Below, in pieces: positions 29,110-39,581 of a DNA stretch of 64,000 nucleotides. The notes under the pieces were generated by a model that was not told the origin of the DNA, searched no databases, and worked only from the letters and a program-made list of their open reading frames with translations. The DNA lies in assembly GCA_963707915.1 (NCBI GenBank), contig OY970178.1, forward strand, positions 1,312,001 to 1,376,000. Direction: 5' to 3'. A program made the position numbers and the translations under genes. Origin of the DNA: Candidatus Eiseniibacteriota bacterium. GTDB lineage: Bacteria; Eisenbacteria; RBG-16-71-46. Positions within the stretch are counted from its first letter, which is position 1. Each line of letters starts with the position of its first letter.

Positions 29110-32100
29110 TCGTCCCCTCCGCGGAGATCCGCCAATCGCAGGTGACCACCGTGCCGCCTCCGCCGCGCGCCGCGACCGCCCAGGTCGCGTCGATCTCCGA
29201 TGCGCGGTACTTCATGATCCGCATCCCCAGCCCGGTCGACGGCTTCGGGTCGGCCGGCAGGCCCCGGCCGTCGTCCTCCACGCGCAGGCGCACCCCTCCG
29301 TCGGTCTCTTCGAGCGTGATGCCGATGTGCCGGGGGCGTCCGTGCCTCACGGCGTTGTTCACGGCCTCCTGGGCGATGCGGAACAGGTTGATCGCGACCC
29401 GCGGGTCGTGGACCAGGACCGGGAACTCGCAGGTGAAGGCGCAGGGGACCCGGAAGGACTTCGCCGCGCTGCCCGCGAGCTCGTGCAGCGCCGACATCAG
29501 GCCCTCGGCGTCCGGCCGCACCGGGTGCAGCCCACGGGCGATCTGCCTCACCTCGTCGAGCGCGTGGCGCAGCTCGCGCTCGAGCTGCGACGCCCGTGCC
29601 GCCTCCGGGGACTCGTCCTTCTCCAGCCGGCGCGCCAGGGCGCTGAGCTGGTAGACGGCCCCCCCGAGGCGCTGGCCGAGCCCGTCATGCAGGTCCTGGC
29701 CGATGCGCCGCTGTTCCCGCTCGCTGATCTCCAGGACCTGCCGTTCGAGCTCGTGCCGCTGTTGCGTCTCGGTCGTCAGGTGCCGATAGGCCCGCTCGAG
29801 CGCCTGTTGCGTCTGCTTGTGCGCGGTGATGTCTCGCGCCGTGCCGGCGATGCGGTAGACCCGTCCCGACGGGTCGCGCACCGGCGCCGCATGGTCCGAG
29901 ATCCAGCACGTCGCGCCGTCGGGACGGAGGATCCGGTACTCCGCCTCCATCGAGGCCACGATCGGCGGCTGGACCAGGAAGGCCGCCCGCACCCCCGGCC
30001 GGTCCTCCGGGTGGACGAGCTCGAACCACAGCCCGGGGTCGTCGTAGACCTCCTGCGGCCGGCGCCCCCAGATCGTCTCGAAGGCCGGGCTGACGTACAG
30101 CATCTGCCGCATGTCGGCGCTCGCCAGCCAGAAGACCTCCCGCACGTTCTCGGCCATCTGCCGGAACCGCTCCTCGCTCAGACGCAGCTCCGCGGTCCGC
30201 CCGGCCACGCGGTGCTCGAGCGTCTCGTTGAGCTGGCGCAACTCCTCCTCGGCCTGCTTGCGCTCGGTGATGTCGCGGCTGAGGCCGACCAGCGCCACGG
30301 GGCGGCCGGTCGCGTCGCGGACGACCTTTCGGCTGTCGCTGAACCAGCGGTACTCGCCGCTCTTGACCTTCCAGCGGTACTCGACGGCATTGCCCGACTC
30401 CTGTCCCGAGGACAACCGCCTCTGCTGGACGACCGACCGGTCGCGGTCGTCCGGGTGGACGCGCTCGAGGGCCTCCTCGGCCGACAGGTCGCCCATCTCC
30501 TCGGCGGTGAACCCCGTCAGCTCCAGCTGGGAGGGGCTCATGATGACGTAGCGCCCCGACTCCAGGTCCAGCAGGTTGATCCCGTCGCGCGAGTTCTCGA
30601 TCACCATGCGGAACCGCTCCTCGCTCCGCTGCAGCGCCTCCTCCGCCCGCTTGCGGTCGGTGAAGTCCTGCATGGCCGAGAGGATGAATTCGCTTCCGGC
30701 GATCTCGACGCGGTCCAGGTTGGCCAGGAGGACCCGCACGTCACCCGTCCGCGTGACCACCGACATCTCGAGGTTCCGCAGCGAGCCGCGCCGGCGGACC
30801 TCGTCCAGCGCGTGCTCCCGGGCCTCCGGATCGCGCTCGACGCCCAGTTCCGCGGTGGTCCGTCCCACCGCATCCTCCCGGCGGGCGAACCCGAGCAGTT
30901 CCAGCCAGGCCCGGTTCACGTCGTACAGCACGCCCCCGGGAAGGGTGATGAGCGCCGTGGCCAGCGGCGTCGAATGGAACATGGTCGAGAACTTCTCCTC
31001 GCTGGCGCGCAGCGCCTCCATGTCCCGTTGCCGGGCCATGGCAATCTGCACCTTCGCGTCCGCGTCCCGGGCGCGGGCCTGGGCATCGCGCATGGCCTCC
31101 GTGACGTACGAGATCATCGCGCCGCTCAGCGCGAAGACGGCCATGGCCAGCCAGTCCTCCAGTTGACCGACCTTGAGCTGCCCCGGCGGCGCGACCCAGA
31201 AGTAGTCCACCATCACGGCCGAGAGGGCCGTGGCCAGCAGGCCGGCCCGTCCGCCGCCGTAGAGCGCCGCCACGACCACCGCCGGGTAGAACACCACGTA
31301 CGGGGCGTGGGTCCCCAGCACCTGCAGGAACGCCATGCGCACGGCGCCCGCGGTGAGCACCGCCACGACCGCCACGGCCTCCCCGTAGAGCGACCGGCCC
31401 GGATCCTTCCCCGGCGGGAGGAGCGACAGGTGCGACTCGCGCAGCGCGGCCGCGGCGGCGAAGAGCAGGTACACGCCGCCGAGCCACTGCGACGCGCGGC
31501 TCAGCCAGTTCACCACGCTGCCGAGCGACAGCTGGATCATGATCCCGAACAACCCCACCGCCATGAGCATCAGGGCGGGCGCGTACCAGGACGTGAACGG
31601 GACACGCGGCGCGCGCGCGCCCGGCAACAGCAGGGCGGCGGAAAGCGCGAACGCGGAGACGGCCGAGCTGAGCACGCCGTAACGCACGGGCGTGCCGCCG
31701 GTGCCCTGGACGAAGAAGACCGGCAGCCGGTGCGCCAGCGTCGCCTGCGTCACCCACCAGAGGATGGCCAGGGTGACCGCGCAGCCCACCCCCAGCCACA
31801 GCGGTGTCGAGCGCAGCGGCCGTTGCGGCCGCAGGGTCACGGCGACGGCCGCCAGGTGGCAGAGCCCCGAGAGCAGGATGCAACTGTTGAAGATGGTGAC
31901 GTTGATGTTCGCGTCGCCGTGGGAGACGGCGTCTCCCACGGTGCCGGCCGCGCTCCACAGAAGCGCCCCGCACCCCAGCAGCAACAGCCCGGGCGCTCCC
32001 GAGGCCAGGAAGCTCCGCCCGACGAGATAGAGGGTGCCCAGCGAGACCAGGGTGTAGAAGACGAAGCTCAGGACGAGCCTCAGGCGGGGCAGCTCGTAGA

Positions 32101-32254
32101 CTTCGCGCAGGCCCGCCGCCCGGGCCGAGAGGATGGCCACCAGCAACAGGAGCGCGGGCAACCAGACGAGACGGCCCGGCAGCCCCCGCGGCCGATCGAC
32201 GCGCGTCCGGCCGGACGCCGGGCCGTGGCCCGCCTTCGGCCCGGCAGCGCTCAT
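29099..32254 (-). CDS. Multi-TM, triple-PAS sensor histidine kinase (HisKA_3)
   Basis: ~8-TM N-terminal sensor, DUF4118-like TMs, three PAS/PAC domains, EREQRRIGQDLHDGLGQ, QEAVNNAVRH, DDGRG, GLG. Confidence 0.92.
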   Translation of the reverse strand: MSAAGPKAGHGPASGRTRVDRPRGLPGRLVWLPALLLLVAILSARAAGLREVYELPRLRLVLSFVFYTLVSLGTLYLVGRSFLASGAPGLLLLGCGALLWSAAGTVGDAVSHGDANINVTIFNSCILLSGLCHLAAVAVTLRPQRPLRSTPLWLGVGCAVTLAILWWVTQATLAHRLPVFFVQGTGGTPVRYGVLSSAVSAFALSAALLLPGARAPRVPFTSWYAPALMLMAVGLFGIMIQLSLGSVVNWLSRASQWLGGVYLLFAAAAALRESHLSLLPPGKDPGRSLYGEAVAVVAVLTAGAVRMAFLQVLGTHAPYVVFYPAVVVAALYGGGRAGLLATALSAVMVDYFWVAPPGQLKVGQLEDWLAMAVFALSGAMISYVTEAMRDAQARARDADAKVQIAMARQRDMEALRASEEKFSTMFHSTPLATALITLPGGVLYDVNRAWLELLGFARREDAVGRTTAELGVERDPEAREHALDEVRRRGSLRNLEMSVVTRTGDVRVLLANLDRVEIAGSEFILSAMQDFTDRKRAEEALQRSEERFRMVIENSRDGINLLDLESGRYVIMSPSQLELTGFTAEEMGDLSAEEALERVHPDDRDRSVVQQRRLSSGQESGNAVEYRWKVKSGEYRWFSDSRKVVRDATGRPVALVGLSRDITERKQAEEELRQLNETLEHRVAGRTAELRLSEERFRQMAENVREVFWLASADMRQMLYVSPAFETIWGRRPQEVYDDPGLWFELVHPEDRPGVRAAFLVQPPIVASMEAEYRILRPDGATCWISDHAAPVRDPSGRVYRIAGTARDITAHKQTQQALERAYRHLTTETQQRHELERQVLEISEREQRRIGQDLHDGLGQRLGGAVYQLSALARRLEKDESPEAARASQLERELRHALDEVRQIARGLHPVRPDAEGLMSALHELAGSAAKSFRVPCAFTCEFPVLVHDPRVAINLFRIAQEAVNNAVRHGRPRHIGITLEETDGGVRLRVEDDGRGLPADPKPSTGLGMRIMKYRASEIDATWAVAARGGGGTVVTCDWRISAEGTSGR

Positions 32255-32818
32255 GACGGGTCTCCGGCGGTCGGCGCGGATGCGGACGGGCAGCGTGGGA
32301 AGCTCCGCCGCGCGGGGAGAGCCGTCCTCCGCTCCCCGTCCGGGCCGTGCCCGCCTGGGCAGGGCACCGGGTCGACGAGCCCGGGCGAGGTGCATTCCGC
32401 ATATCCCGTCGGTGCGCTGATGTTGGAGTCGTCCATCCGCCCACCCGCATGACTGCAGCCGGGCCCCGCGCCAGGAGACCCCGGGGCCACCCTTCCACGA
32501 TCTCGAGAGATTACCGCAACCGCGCTTCGACCTGAACTCGAAACGGCCGGCGAGGGTGCACCGGGGCCGACCGGCGGGATCGGGAGTGCCGGGCGAGCCC
32601 CGTGCGAGGGAGCGTCTGCCGCCGGTCACCAGCCCGGATTTGCCGCACGGCCGCAGCATCTCTGACACACCGCGCGACTAGGCTGCAGGTGAAGCGAGCG
32701 GCGTATCCCCCCATCCGGCCGGGCCCGTGCAGCGAGCCCGGTCACCGGGGTGGTAGGCTGCAAGGGGGAAGTCCGGGATCCACGCCCGCTCATGCGAATC
32801 CGTTCCGGGAGGCACGCC

Positions 32819-35185
32819 ATGCCATCGCAAGGAATCTTCCGCTCGATCCGTCGGGCCGCAGTCGGGGCGTTCATCGCCACGCTCGTGGCGACCGCCGCGC
32901 TCGCGGTCGCCGTTCCCGCTCGCGCCGCCGATCCGGCCTGGCCGCGCCAGATCGATTCGCCGAGCGGCTCGTTCGTGATCTATCAACCGCAGCCGGAGGA
33001 TCTCGACGGCGACCTGCTCACGGCCCGCGCCGCGTTCTCGCTGCAGAAGAGCACGGATGCCGACCCGACCTTCGGCGTGCTGTGGTTCACCGAGCGCATC
33101 GCGATCGACCGCGACAGCAGCACGGTGACCGCGCGCAGCCTCGACGTGACCAAGGTCCGGCTCCCGGGCATCACGGCGGACGAGGAGAGCGGCTACGAGA
33201 AGCTCGTCGAGTCCGAGGCGGCGCAGTGGGACCTCTCCGGCTCGCTCGAGGAGTTGCGGGCGGGGCTGGCCGCGACCGAGCGGGAACGCGCGAGCGTCGC
33301 GGGCCTGGGCACCGCTCCGCCACGGATCATCTTCGCCTACGAACGCGCGATCCTGGTCCCGTACGACGGCGCACCCGCGCTCGAGCCGATCGAGGGCTCC
33401 AGCCTCCAGCGCGTCGCGAACACGCCCTACGCGGTGGTCTTCGACCCCTCGAGCCGCACCTACTACCTGAACGGGGCGAACCTCTGGTACGCGGCCCGGA
33501 GCCCGCTGGGTCCGTGGACCGACACGCTGCGTGTCCCCGCCGCGGTGCGCGCGATCGTGCCGCCCGACACCGCGGCGGCCGCCCAGGTCCAGGGCCCCCC
33601 GCCGCTGGTGCTCACCGCCACCGACCCCACCGAGCTGGTCTCGACGGACGGCCCGCCGCGCTACGCGCCGCTGGTCGGCGACGAGCTGCTCTACGTCACC
33701 AACACCGAGAGCGACGTGCTGCGCGAGGTGAGCTCGCAAGCGCTGTACGTGCTGCTGGCCGGCCGCTGGTACCGGGCTTCCTCGCCGGACGGGCCGTGGA
33801 CGTTCGTGCGGGGCGACCAGTTGCCCGCCAGCTTCGGGCGGATCCCGCCCGGCTCGCCCAAGGGCGGTCTCCTGGCGAGCGTGGCGGGCACCGACCAGGC
33901 CGAGGACGCGATCGCGGACGCCGAGATCCCGCAGACCAGCGCGATTCGGCGTAGCGAGGACGGCTTCACCGTGAGCTACGACGGCAGCCCGGAGTTCCAG
34001 CCCATCGCCGGCACGACCCTGCAATACGCCGTCAACACGGACGCCGAGGTCATCTTCGCCGACGGACGCTACTACGCCTGCGACCAGGGCGTCTGGTACA
34101 TCGCCGACGATCCGGAGGGCCCGTGGAGCGTGAGCGAGACGCGCCCGCTCGGCGTGGACGGCATCCCCCCCGACTGCCCGGTCTACAACGTCCGCTACGT
34201 CTTCATCTACGACGCGACCCCGGACGTGGTCTACATGGGCTACCTGCCCGGCTACGTCGGCTGCTATCCCTACTACGGCACGGTCGTGTACGGGACCGGC
34301 TATCGCTACGTGCCGTGGCGCGGTCGGCAGCACTACTACGCGCGACCCGCGACCTGGGGATTCTACGCCCGCTACAACCCCTGGCTGGGCCGCTGGAGCT
34401 TCGGCTTCAGCTACGGCACGGGCTTCCTCCGGGTCGGCACGCGCTGGATGTGGCCGCACGAATCCGCTCGCCACCACGGCGCGGCGGCCTGGTTCGGACC
34501 GGGCGGCTATCGCCGCCCGCTGCTGGCCGCGGACCTGACTCCCGTGCGGGCCCGGCGTGCCGGCATGACGCGAGCGACCCTCGGGGGCAGCCCGCCCGCG
34601 AACCTCTACAACCGCACGGAGAACGTCACCCGCGTGGATCGCGCGGCCTTCCGCGTGCCCCCGCGCCGGGTCGCGCGCCTCGCCCCGAAGCCGGCCCCGT
34701 CGCCCAACAACGTGCTCGCCGGCAAGGACGGCAAGGTCTACCAGCGCGACGCGCTCGGGAACTGGCGGGTGAACGATGGGCGCGCGTGGAGGCCGGCCCT
34801 GGTCCCCGCCCGGCCCTTCGTCGCGCCGCCGGCGACCGGCCGGAGAGCGCCCGGCACCGCGACGGAGGAAGTGGCCAGGCCCGCGGAGCGCCCGCCGTCG
34901 CAGCCGGCGCCCGGATCGTGGCCCAGCGAGCGCCCGGTGCGACCGCGCGCCGTGCCCCCTGCCAGCCCCGCACCACCGGCGATGGGGCCGTCACCGGGCG
35001 ACCTCGAGCGCGAGTACCGCGCTCGCGAGCGCGCCAGCGAGAAGACCGCTCCGGACGCCGTCGCGCCGGCCGAGCGTCCTGCGCCGGCCCGCGAGGAGCG
35101 TCCCGCCCCGGTCCGCGAGGAGCGTCGCGCCCCGGCCCGCGAGGAGCGTCAGCGGCCGGGGGACCCGGCCGAGCGCAGGCGATAG
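32819..35185 (+). CDS. Large secreted hypothetical protein (WPR-start family often labelled carbohydrate-binding V/XII) with Pro/Arg-rich tail
   Basis: Signal peptide; WPRQI..., LLYVTNTESD, LAGRWYRA..LDGPW-like, YLPGY.G.Y.YYGTVVYGTGY, NNVLAGKDGKVYQR. Confidence 0.82.
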   Translation: MPSQGIFRSIRRAAVGAFIATLVATAALAVAVPARAADPAWPRQIDSPSGSFVIYQPQPEDLDGDLLTARAAFSLQKSTDADPTFGVLWFTERIAIDRDSSTVTARSLDVTKVRLPGITADEESGYEKLVESEAAQWDLSGSLEELRAGLAATERERASVAGLGTAPPRIIFAYERAILVPYDGAPALEPIEGSSLQRVANTPYAVVFDPSSRTYYLNGANLWYAARSPLGPWTDTLRVPAAVRAIVPPDTAAAAQVQGPPPLVLTATDPTELVSTDGPPRYAPLVGDELLYVTNTESDVLREVSSQALYVLLAGRWYRASSPDGPWTFVRGDQLPASFGRIPPGSPKGGLLASVAGTDQAEDAIADAEIPQTSAIRRSEDGFTVSYDGSPEFQPIAGTTLQYAVNTDAEVIFADGRYYACDQGVWYIADDPEGPWSVSETRPLGVDGIPPDCPVYNVRYVFIYDATPDVVYMGYLPGYVGCYPYYGTVVYGTGYRYVPWRGRQHYYARPATWGFYARYNPWLGRWSFGFSYGTGFLRVGTRWMWPHESARHHGAAAWFGPGGYRRPLLAADLTPVRARRAGMTRATLGGSPPANLYNRTENVTRVDRAAFRVPPRRVARLAPKPAPSPNNVLAGKDGKVYQRDALGNWRVNDGRAWRPALVPARPFVAPPATGRRAPGTATEEVARPAERPPSQPAPGSWPSERPVRPRAVPPASPAPPAMGPSPGDLEREYRARERASEKTAPDAVAPAERPAPAREERPAPVREERRAPAREERQRPGDPAERRR
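35072..35150 (+). repeat. 24-bp tandem repeat x3.3 (ERPAPARE)
   Basis: GAGCGTCCTGCGCCGGCCCGCGAG / GAGCGTCCCGCCCCGGTCCGCGAG / GAGCGTCGCGCCCCGGCCCGCGAG / GAGCGTC. Confidence 0.85.
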
Positions 35186-35276
35186 GAAGAGCGGGCCCGC
35201 GGCGGGCAGGCCTGCCCTGCCTCCGCGGGCTTCACGGACCCGCAGCCGCCATCCGGGCGGCCGCGCGCCGCCCGGG

Positions 35277-35996
35277 TCACTCGTAGACCCGTTCCACCGA
35301 GCCGGGCCTGATCCATCCGCCGCTGCCGCCGGGCAGTTGCACGAGCAGGTAGCCGCCGCGCCGCTCGCGGATCCTGACCTCCGTGCCGTCGTGCAGCAGC
35401 AGGATCTGCTTGAACTCCCCCCCCGGCCCGCTCAGCGCGCTGACCTCCGGCGCGATGACCACCGCCGGCTGCGCGCTCACCTCTCCGGCCCACACCCAGC
35501 GGGTGACGAGGCAGAACAGCGAGAGCGCCGCGAACAGCGCCGCGCCGACGGCGAACGCCGCGCCGCGACGGACGATCCAGGCCGACAGGCTCAGCGCGGC
35601 CAGCAGGAAGGTCACCGCCGCCAGCAGCGCGGCCTCTCTCCGCGAGAGCAGGTGGAAGGTTGCGTCCAGGGCCGTGGCCACGGGCCCCGGGACGGTCAGC
35701 ACCTTGTCCGCCCGGTAGCCGCGCGCGAACGAGAGGTTCCGGTCGATGTCCGCGTCGCGCGGGCTCAGGGCGCGGGCCCGCCGGTATTGCACGATGGCCG
35801 CGCCGATCCTGCCGGACTTGAACAGGGCGTTGCCGAGGTTGTAGCAGGCGTCGGCGCTGGGCCCGCCCGCGAGGGCCTGCCGGTAGGCACGGACCGCGCC
35901 GGGGTAGTCCTTCCGGGCATAGAGCTGGTTGCCCTGATTGTACGGGCCGGACGGCGCGAGGACCATCACCGACAGAAGAATCAGGCTGGACAGCAT
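35277..35996 (-). CDS. batE: BatE-like TPR plus SH3 protein
   Basis: GNQLY, YNLGNALFK, YRRARALSPRDADI..NL, two TMs, LHDGTEV...GWI. Confidence 0.85.
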   Translation of the reverse strand: MLSSLILLSVMVLAPSGPYNQGNQLYARKDYPGAVRAYRQALAGGPSADACYNLGNALFKSGRIGAAIVQYRRARALSPRDADIDRNLSFARGYRADKVLTVPGPVATALDATFHLLSRREAALLAAVTFLLAALSLSAWIVRRGAAFAVGAALFAALSLFCLVTRWVWAGEVSAQPAVVIAPEVSALSGPGGEFKQILLLHDGTEVRIRERRGGYLLVQLPGGSGGWIRPGSVERVYE

Positions 35997-36021
35997 CTCG
36001 AGCGCTCCCGTTCGATCGAGG

Positions 36022-37794
36022 TCACAGCTTCCCCATGACGTCGCGCGCCTTCTGGAACAGTTCCTTCGGGTCGTCCGTGGCCCGCATCCCCGGCGAGAAG
36101 CGGGCGACCTCGCACCGCTCGATGACCTCGAGGACATCGGCCACCGTGCCCGGCGCCACCTGCAGCTGCAGCAGCTCGGCCTGCAGCCGCTCCTTGGTCA
36201 TGGCCTGGACGTCGATGTTGAAGCGGTCCCCGAGATAGCCCAGCACGGCCTGGGTCAGCGCCGCGTGGAAGCCCCGCTCGTCCTTCTTCTTCAGGGACTC
36301 CCCGGCCTGCCGGAAGCGCGCCCGCACCAGCTTCGACGATCGCACCTTGCGCGCGTAGCCGCGATCCGACAGCAATCGCTGGCTGTGCCCACGGTACCAG
36401 AAGGCCCCCGCCACCAGGCCCAGCGACACGGCATAGAGCAGGTCGGACCACCCGGGTGGATCGAAGGGCGTGACCTCCAGCCCCTTCGCGTCGGCCTTGA
36501 TGTACTCGATGTCCGTGCCGAGCACCTTCAGCCCGGTGGCCTCCACCACCGGCGCGCTCTGGATGGAGCCGCTCGCCGAACACTCGAAGGGCCCTGCCGC
36601 GAGGGTCTTGTAGACCTTCGACTGCGGGTCGAAAGTGGCGAGCCGGACTTCCGGGATGACGAACTTGCCGTCGGCCTGCGGGATGACGGGATAGCGGAAG
36701 GTCCGGCTCCCCTGCACGCCGTCCGGGCCCGCGCGGACGTCCTCCGTGATCTCGGGATCGAGGATCCGGAGCCCGGGGACCGCAGCGATCGCGGGCTTCC
36801 CGATCATCCGGACGTTGCCGCTGCCGCTGACCCGGAGCGTCAGGTTGATCGGCTCGCTGCCCGTGGTGGACGTGCGGTCGAGGGCCCCGGAGAGCGTGAA
36901 CCGGCCGACCCCGCCGGTGAACTCGGCGGGCTTGTCCCGCTCCGGCAGCGGCAGGACCTTGATGGTCACGGGCTTGGACTCGACCCGCACCGTCTGCGTG
37001 GTCCCGAACATGTCGAAGAAGTCACGCGAGGTCTGCATCACCGCCACGTTGAAGGCCATGGGCTTGACCGTGACCTCGCCGGGGGACATCGGGAAGAGGG
37101 CGACGCTCTTGAGCCGCGAGACGTCGTACGCCTTGCCGTCCAGCGTGCGGCGCTGGAAGTCGAAGCGACCGGCGTCGTAGACCTTCTCGGCCCAGAAGCC
37201 GTCGAAGGACGGCAGCTCGGCCCAGCCGCCGTCGGTGATCCGCAGCCGCGTGTAGAGCGAGACCTCGAGCATGACCGGCTCGCCGACGAAGACGGTCCTG
37301 CGACCGGGGACCGCCGACAGGAACAGGTTGCCCTCGATCGGCACGTTCGCGTCGCGGGGCCGGGCCCCGGGTCTCGCCGGCATCGGCTGGGCCTGGCCCT
37401 GGGCCGCCCTGGCGACGGTCATCTCGATCGGCTGGCTCGCGTACTCCCGTCCCTCGTAGGTCAGCTTGCACGGCGGGATGACGAGCCGCCCCGTCCTCTT
37501 CGCGGACAGGACGTACAGGAAGCTGACCGACGCCTGCTTCCTCATCTGGCCGTTGACGAACGAAATGTTCGTGGACTGGGACGACGTGCTGCCCAGCACG
37601 TCGAAGTCCGGCAGCGCCGGGAGGACCGGCCGGGGCGCCGAGACCATGTCCTCGCCCTGCACGGCCAGCTCGAGCTGGAACTGCTCGCCCACCCCCACCG
37701 TCGTCCGGTCCACCGAGGCGGAGAAGCGCACCTCGGCCGGGAAGGCCGCCGCGGGGAGCGCGAGGAGCGCAAGCAGGAGGAGGACGCGTCTCAC
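36022..37794 (-). CDS. batD: BatD family protein
   Basis: ASVDRTTVGVGEQF, SQSTNISFVNG, VFVGEPV, GGVGRF, VSGSGN, C-terminal TM. Confidence 0.88.
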   Translation of the reverse strand: MRRVLLLLALLALPAAAFPAEVRFSASVDRTTVGVGEQFQLELAVQGEDMVSAPRPVLPALPDFDVLGSTSSQSTNISFVNGQMRKQASVSFLYVLSAKRTGRLVIPPCKLTYEGREYASQPIEMTVARAAQGQAQPMPARPGARPRDANVPIEGNLFLSAVPGRRTVFVGEPVMLEVSLYTRLRITDGGWAELPSFDGFWAEKVYDAGRFDFQRRTLDGKAYDVSRLKSVALFPMSPGEVTVKPMAFNVAVMQTSRDFFDMFGTTQTVRVESKPVTIKVLPLPERDKPAEFTGGVGRFTLSGALDRTSTTGSEPINLTLRVSGSGNVRMIGKPAIAAVPGLRILDPEITEDVRAGPDGVQGSRTFRYPVIPQADGKFVIPEVRLATFDPQSKVYKTLAAGPFECSASGSIQSAPVVEATGLKVLGTDIEYIKADAKGLEVTPFDPPGWSDLLYAVSLGLVAGAFWYRGHSQRLLSDRGYARKVRSSKLVRARFRQAGESLKKKDERGFHAALTQAVLGYLGDRFNIDVQAMTKERLQAELLQLQVAPGTVADVLEVIERCEVARFSPGMRATDDPKELFQKARDVMGKL

Positions 37795-37865
37795 GCGACG
37801 GACTCTACACGACCACCGATGGGATGCCAGTCGGACCCCCGCTCGTCGTCACCGGGGCGCACGCC

Positions 37866-39581
37866 TCACCAGTCCTTGCCGCCGGGCGCCGCCTGCTTCG
37901 GCTCCTTCGGCTGCTTCTTCCGGTCCTCGCGCTCCCGGCTCTGCAGCGCCTGGAGCATGCGCTCGGCCTGGTCCTTGCCGATCTCGCCCTTGCGGGCCGC
38001 TGCCTGCTGCGGCTGCGGCGACTGCTGCGGCTGCCGGGGCGGCTGCTGCTGCGGCTGCCGGGCCCCGGTGGAATCGCTCTTCTGCTGACGGGGCTGGTCC
38101 TTCATCTTCCAGCAGTACTCGAGGTTCTGCTTGGCCTGCCGGTCGTTCGGGTCCAGCATCAGCGCCCGGGAGTAGCTGGTGATCGCGGCGTCCAGCGCGT
38201 TCTGCCGGAACTGGCAGTTGCCGATGTTGTACAGGCTCCGGGCCTTGAGCCGCCGGTCCTTCGACAGGAGACCCAGCTGGAACTCCGCCGCGGCCTCCGG
38301 ATGCTTCTTCGTCCGGTAGAGCGCGCGGCCCAGGTCGTAGCGGATCCGGACGTTGTCGGGCTCGAGCACCAGCGCGTCCTGGTACTTGCGAACCGCCTCC
38401 TCGACCTTGCCCTGCTTCTCGAGCGCAAGCCCTTCCCGCATCCGCGCGCCGACGCCGGCGCGGGCCGGCCCCGCCCACGCGGCCAGCGCCAGCACCACGA
38501 CGAGGGCGCTCCCGGCGCCGCGCCCGGCGGGGCCGTGGAGCGGACGGCCCCACGGCCGGCGGAATCCCGCGAAGGACGGCCGGGCGAACCAGCGTCCCCG
38601 GCGGTCGCTGAGGAACAGGCCCGCGAAGGTGAGCACGAAGGCGGCGGCCAGGAAGTACTGGAAGCGTTCCTCGTACTCCACGTACTCGCCGCCGACGATC
38701 TGCTTCTTCTGCATCTGGTCCAGCGCCGCCGCCAGGGCGTCGAGGTTGACGCTCTCGGAGCGGAAGTACCTGCCGCCGGTGGCCCGGGCCATCACCAGCA
38801 GCAGCCGCTCCGCGAGCCGCGAGATCACGAGCTTGTCGTCGCGGTCCTTCATGTACGTCGTGGCGGAGCCCTCGACCTCGGGGACCGTCGAGCCCTCCAG
38901 CGTGCCGACCCCCACGGCGAAGATGCGGATCCCCGCCCGCGCCGCCCGTTCCGTGGCCGCAGCGGGGTCGCCCTCGAGGTTGTCGCCGTCGGTGACCAGC
39001 AGCAGCGCCTTGGACGCCTGCTCGCGCGCGTCGAAGAGCGAGGCGGCGGTCTCGATGGCGCGCGGGATGTCGGTGCCGGGACGCGGCATGTTGTCCGGAT
39101 CGATGATGTCCAGGAAGAGCTTGGCGGCCTCCACGTCCGGCGTCAGCGGGCACATGACGTGGGCGTCGCCGGCGAAGGCCACCACGCCGACCTGGTTGGT
39201 GCTCAGGTTGTCGAGCAGCGAGGCGATCTCGGTCTTGGCGCGCGACAGCCGGCTGGGCTTGACGTCGGTGGCGAGCATGCTCTTCGAGGCGTCGAGCGCG
39301 ATGACGATGTCGATGCCGCGACCCTTGACCACCTGGAGCTTCTCACCCCACTGGGGCCGGGCCGCCGCGAGGATCATGAACGCCAGGCCCAGCACGAGGC
39401 AGACGGCCTTGGCCGCCGCCAGCTGCGGGCTGCGGCTGTCGGTCAGGCGCGGCACCAGCACCGGGTCGGCAAGGCGGCGCAGGTTCCTGCCCTTGAGCCA
39501 GTTGCCGGTGGCGATCGCCGCGACCACCAGCGGGAGCACGAACAGCAGGACCAGGTACTGCGACGCCGCCCAGCGGATCAT
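37866..39581 (-). CDS. batB: BatB VWA fused to BatC-like TPR/Gln-rich domain
   Basis: ARPQWG, DASKSM MIDAS, FAGDA..CPLT, TDGD, then TPRs (YNIGN) and QAERMLQAL...KDW. Confidence 0.88.
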   Translation of the reverse strand: MIRWAASQYLVLLFVLPLVVAAIATGNWLKGRNLRRLADPVLVPRLTDSRSPQLAAAKAVCLVLGLAFMILAAARPQWGEKLQVVKGRGIDIVIALDASKSMLATDVKPSRLSRAKTEIASLLDNLSTNQVGVVAFAGDAHVMCPLTPDVEAAKLFLDIIDPDNMPRPGTDIPRAIETAASLFDAREQASKALLLVTDGDNLEGDPAAATERAARAGIRIFAVGVGTLEGSTVPEVEGSATTYMKDRDDKLVISRLAERLLLVMARATGGRYFRSESVNLDALAAALDQMQKKQIVGGEYVEYEERFQYFLAAAFVLTFAGLFLSDRRGRWFARPSFAGFRRPWGRPLHGPAGRGAGSALVVVLALAAWAGPARAGVGARMREGLALEKQGKVEEAVRKYQDALVLEPDNVRIRYDLGRALYRTKKHPEAAAEFQLGLLSKDRRLKARSLYNIGNCQFRQNALDAAITSYSRALMLDPNDRQAKQNLEYCWKMKDQPRQQKSDSTGARQPQQQPPRQPQQSPQPQQAAARKGEIGKDQAERMLQALQSREREDRKKQPKEPKQAAPGGKDW

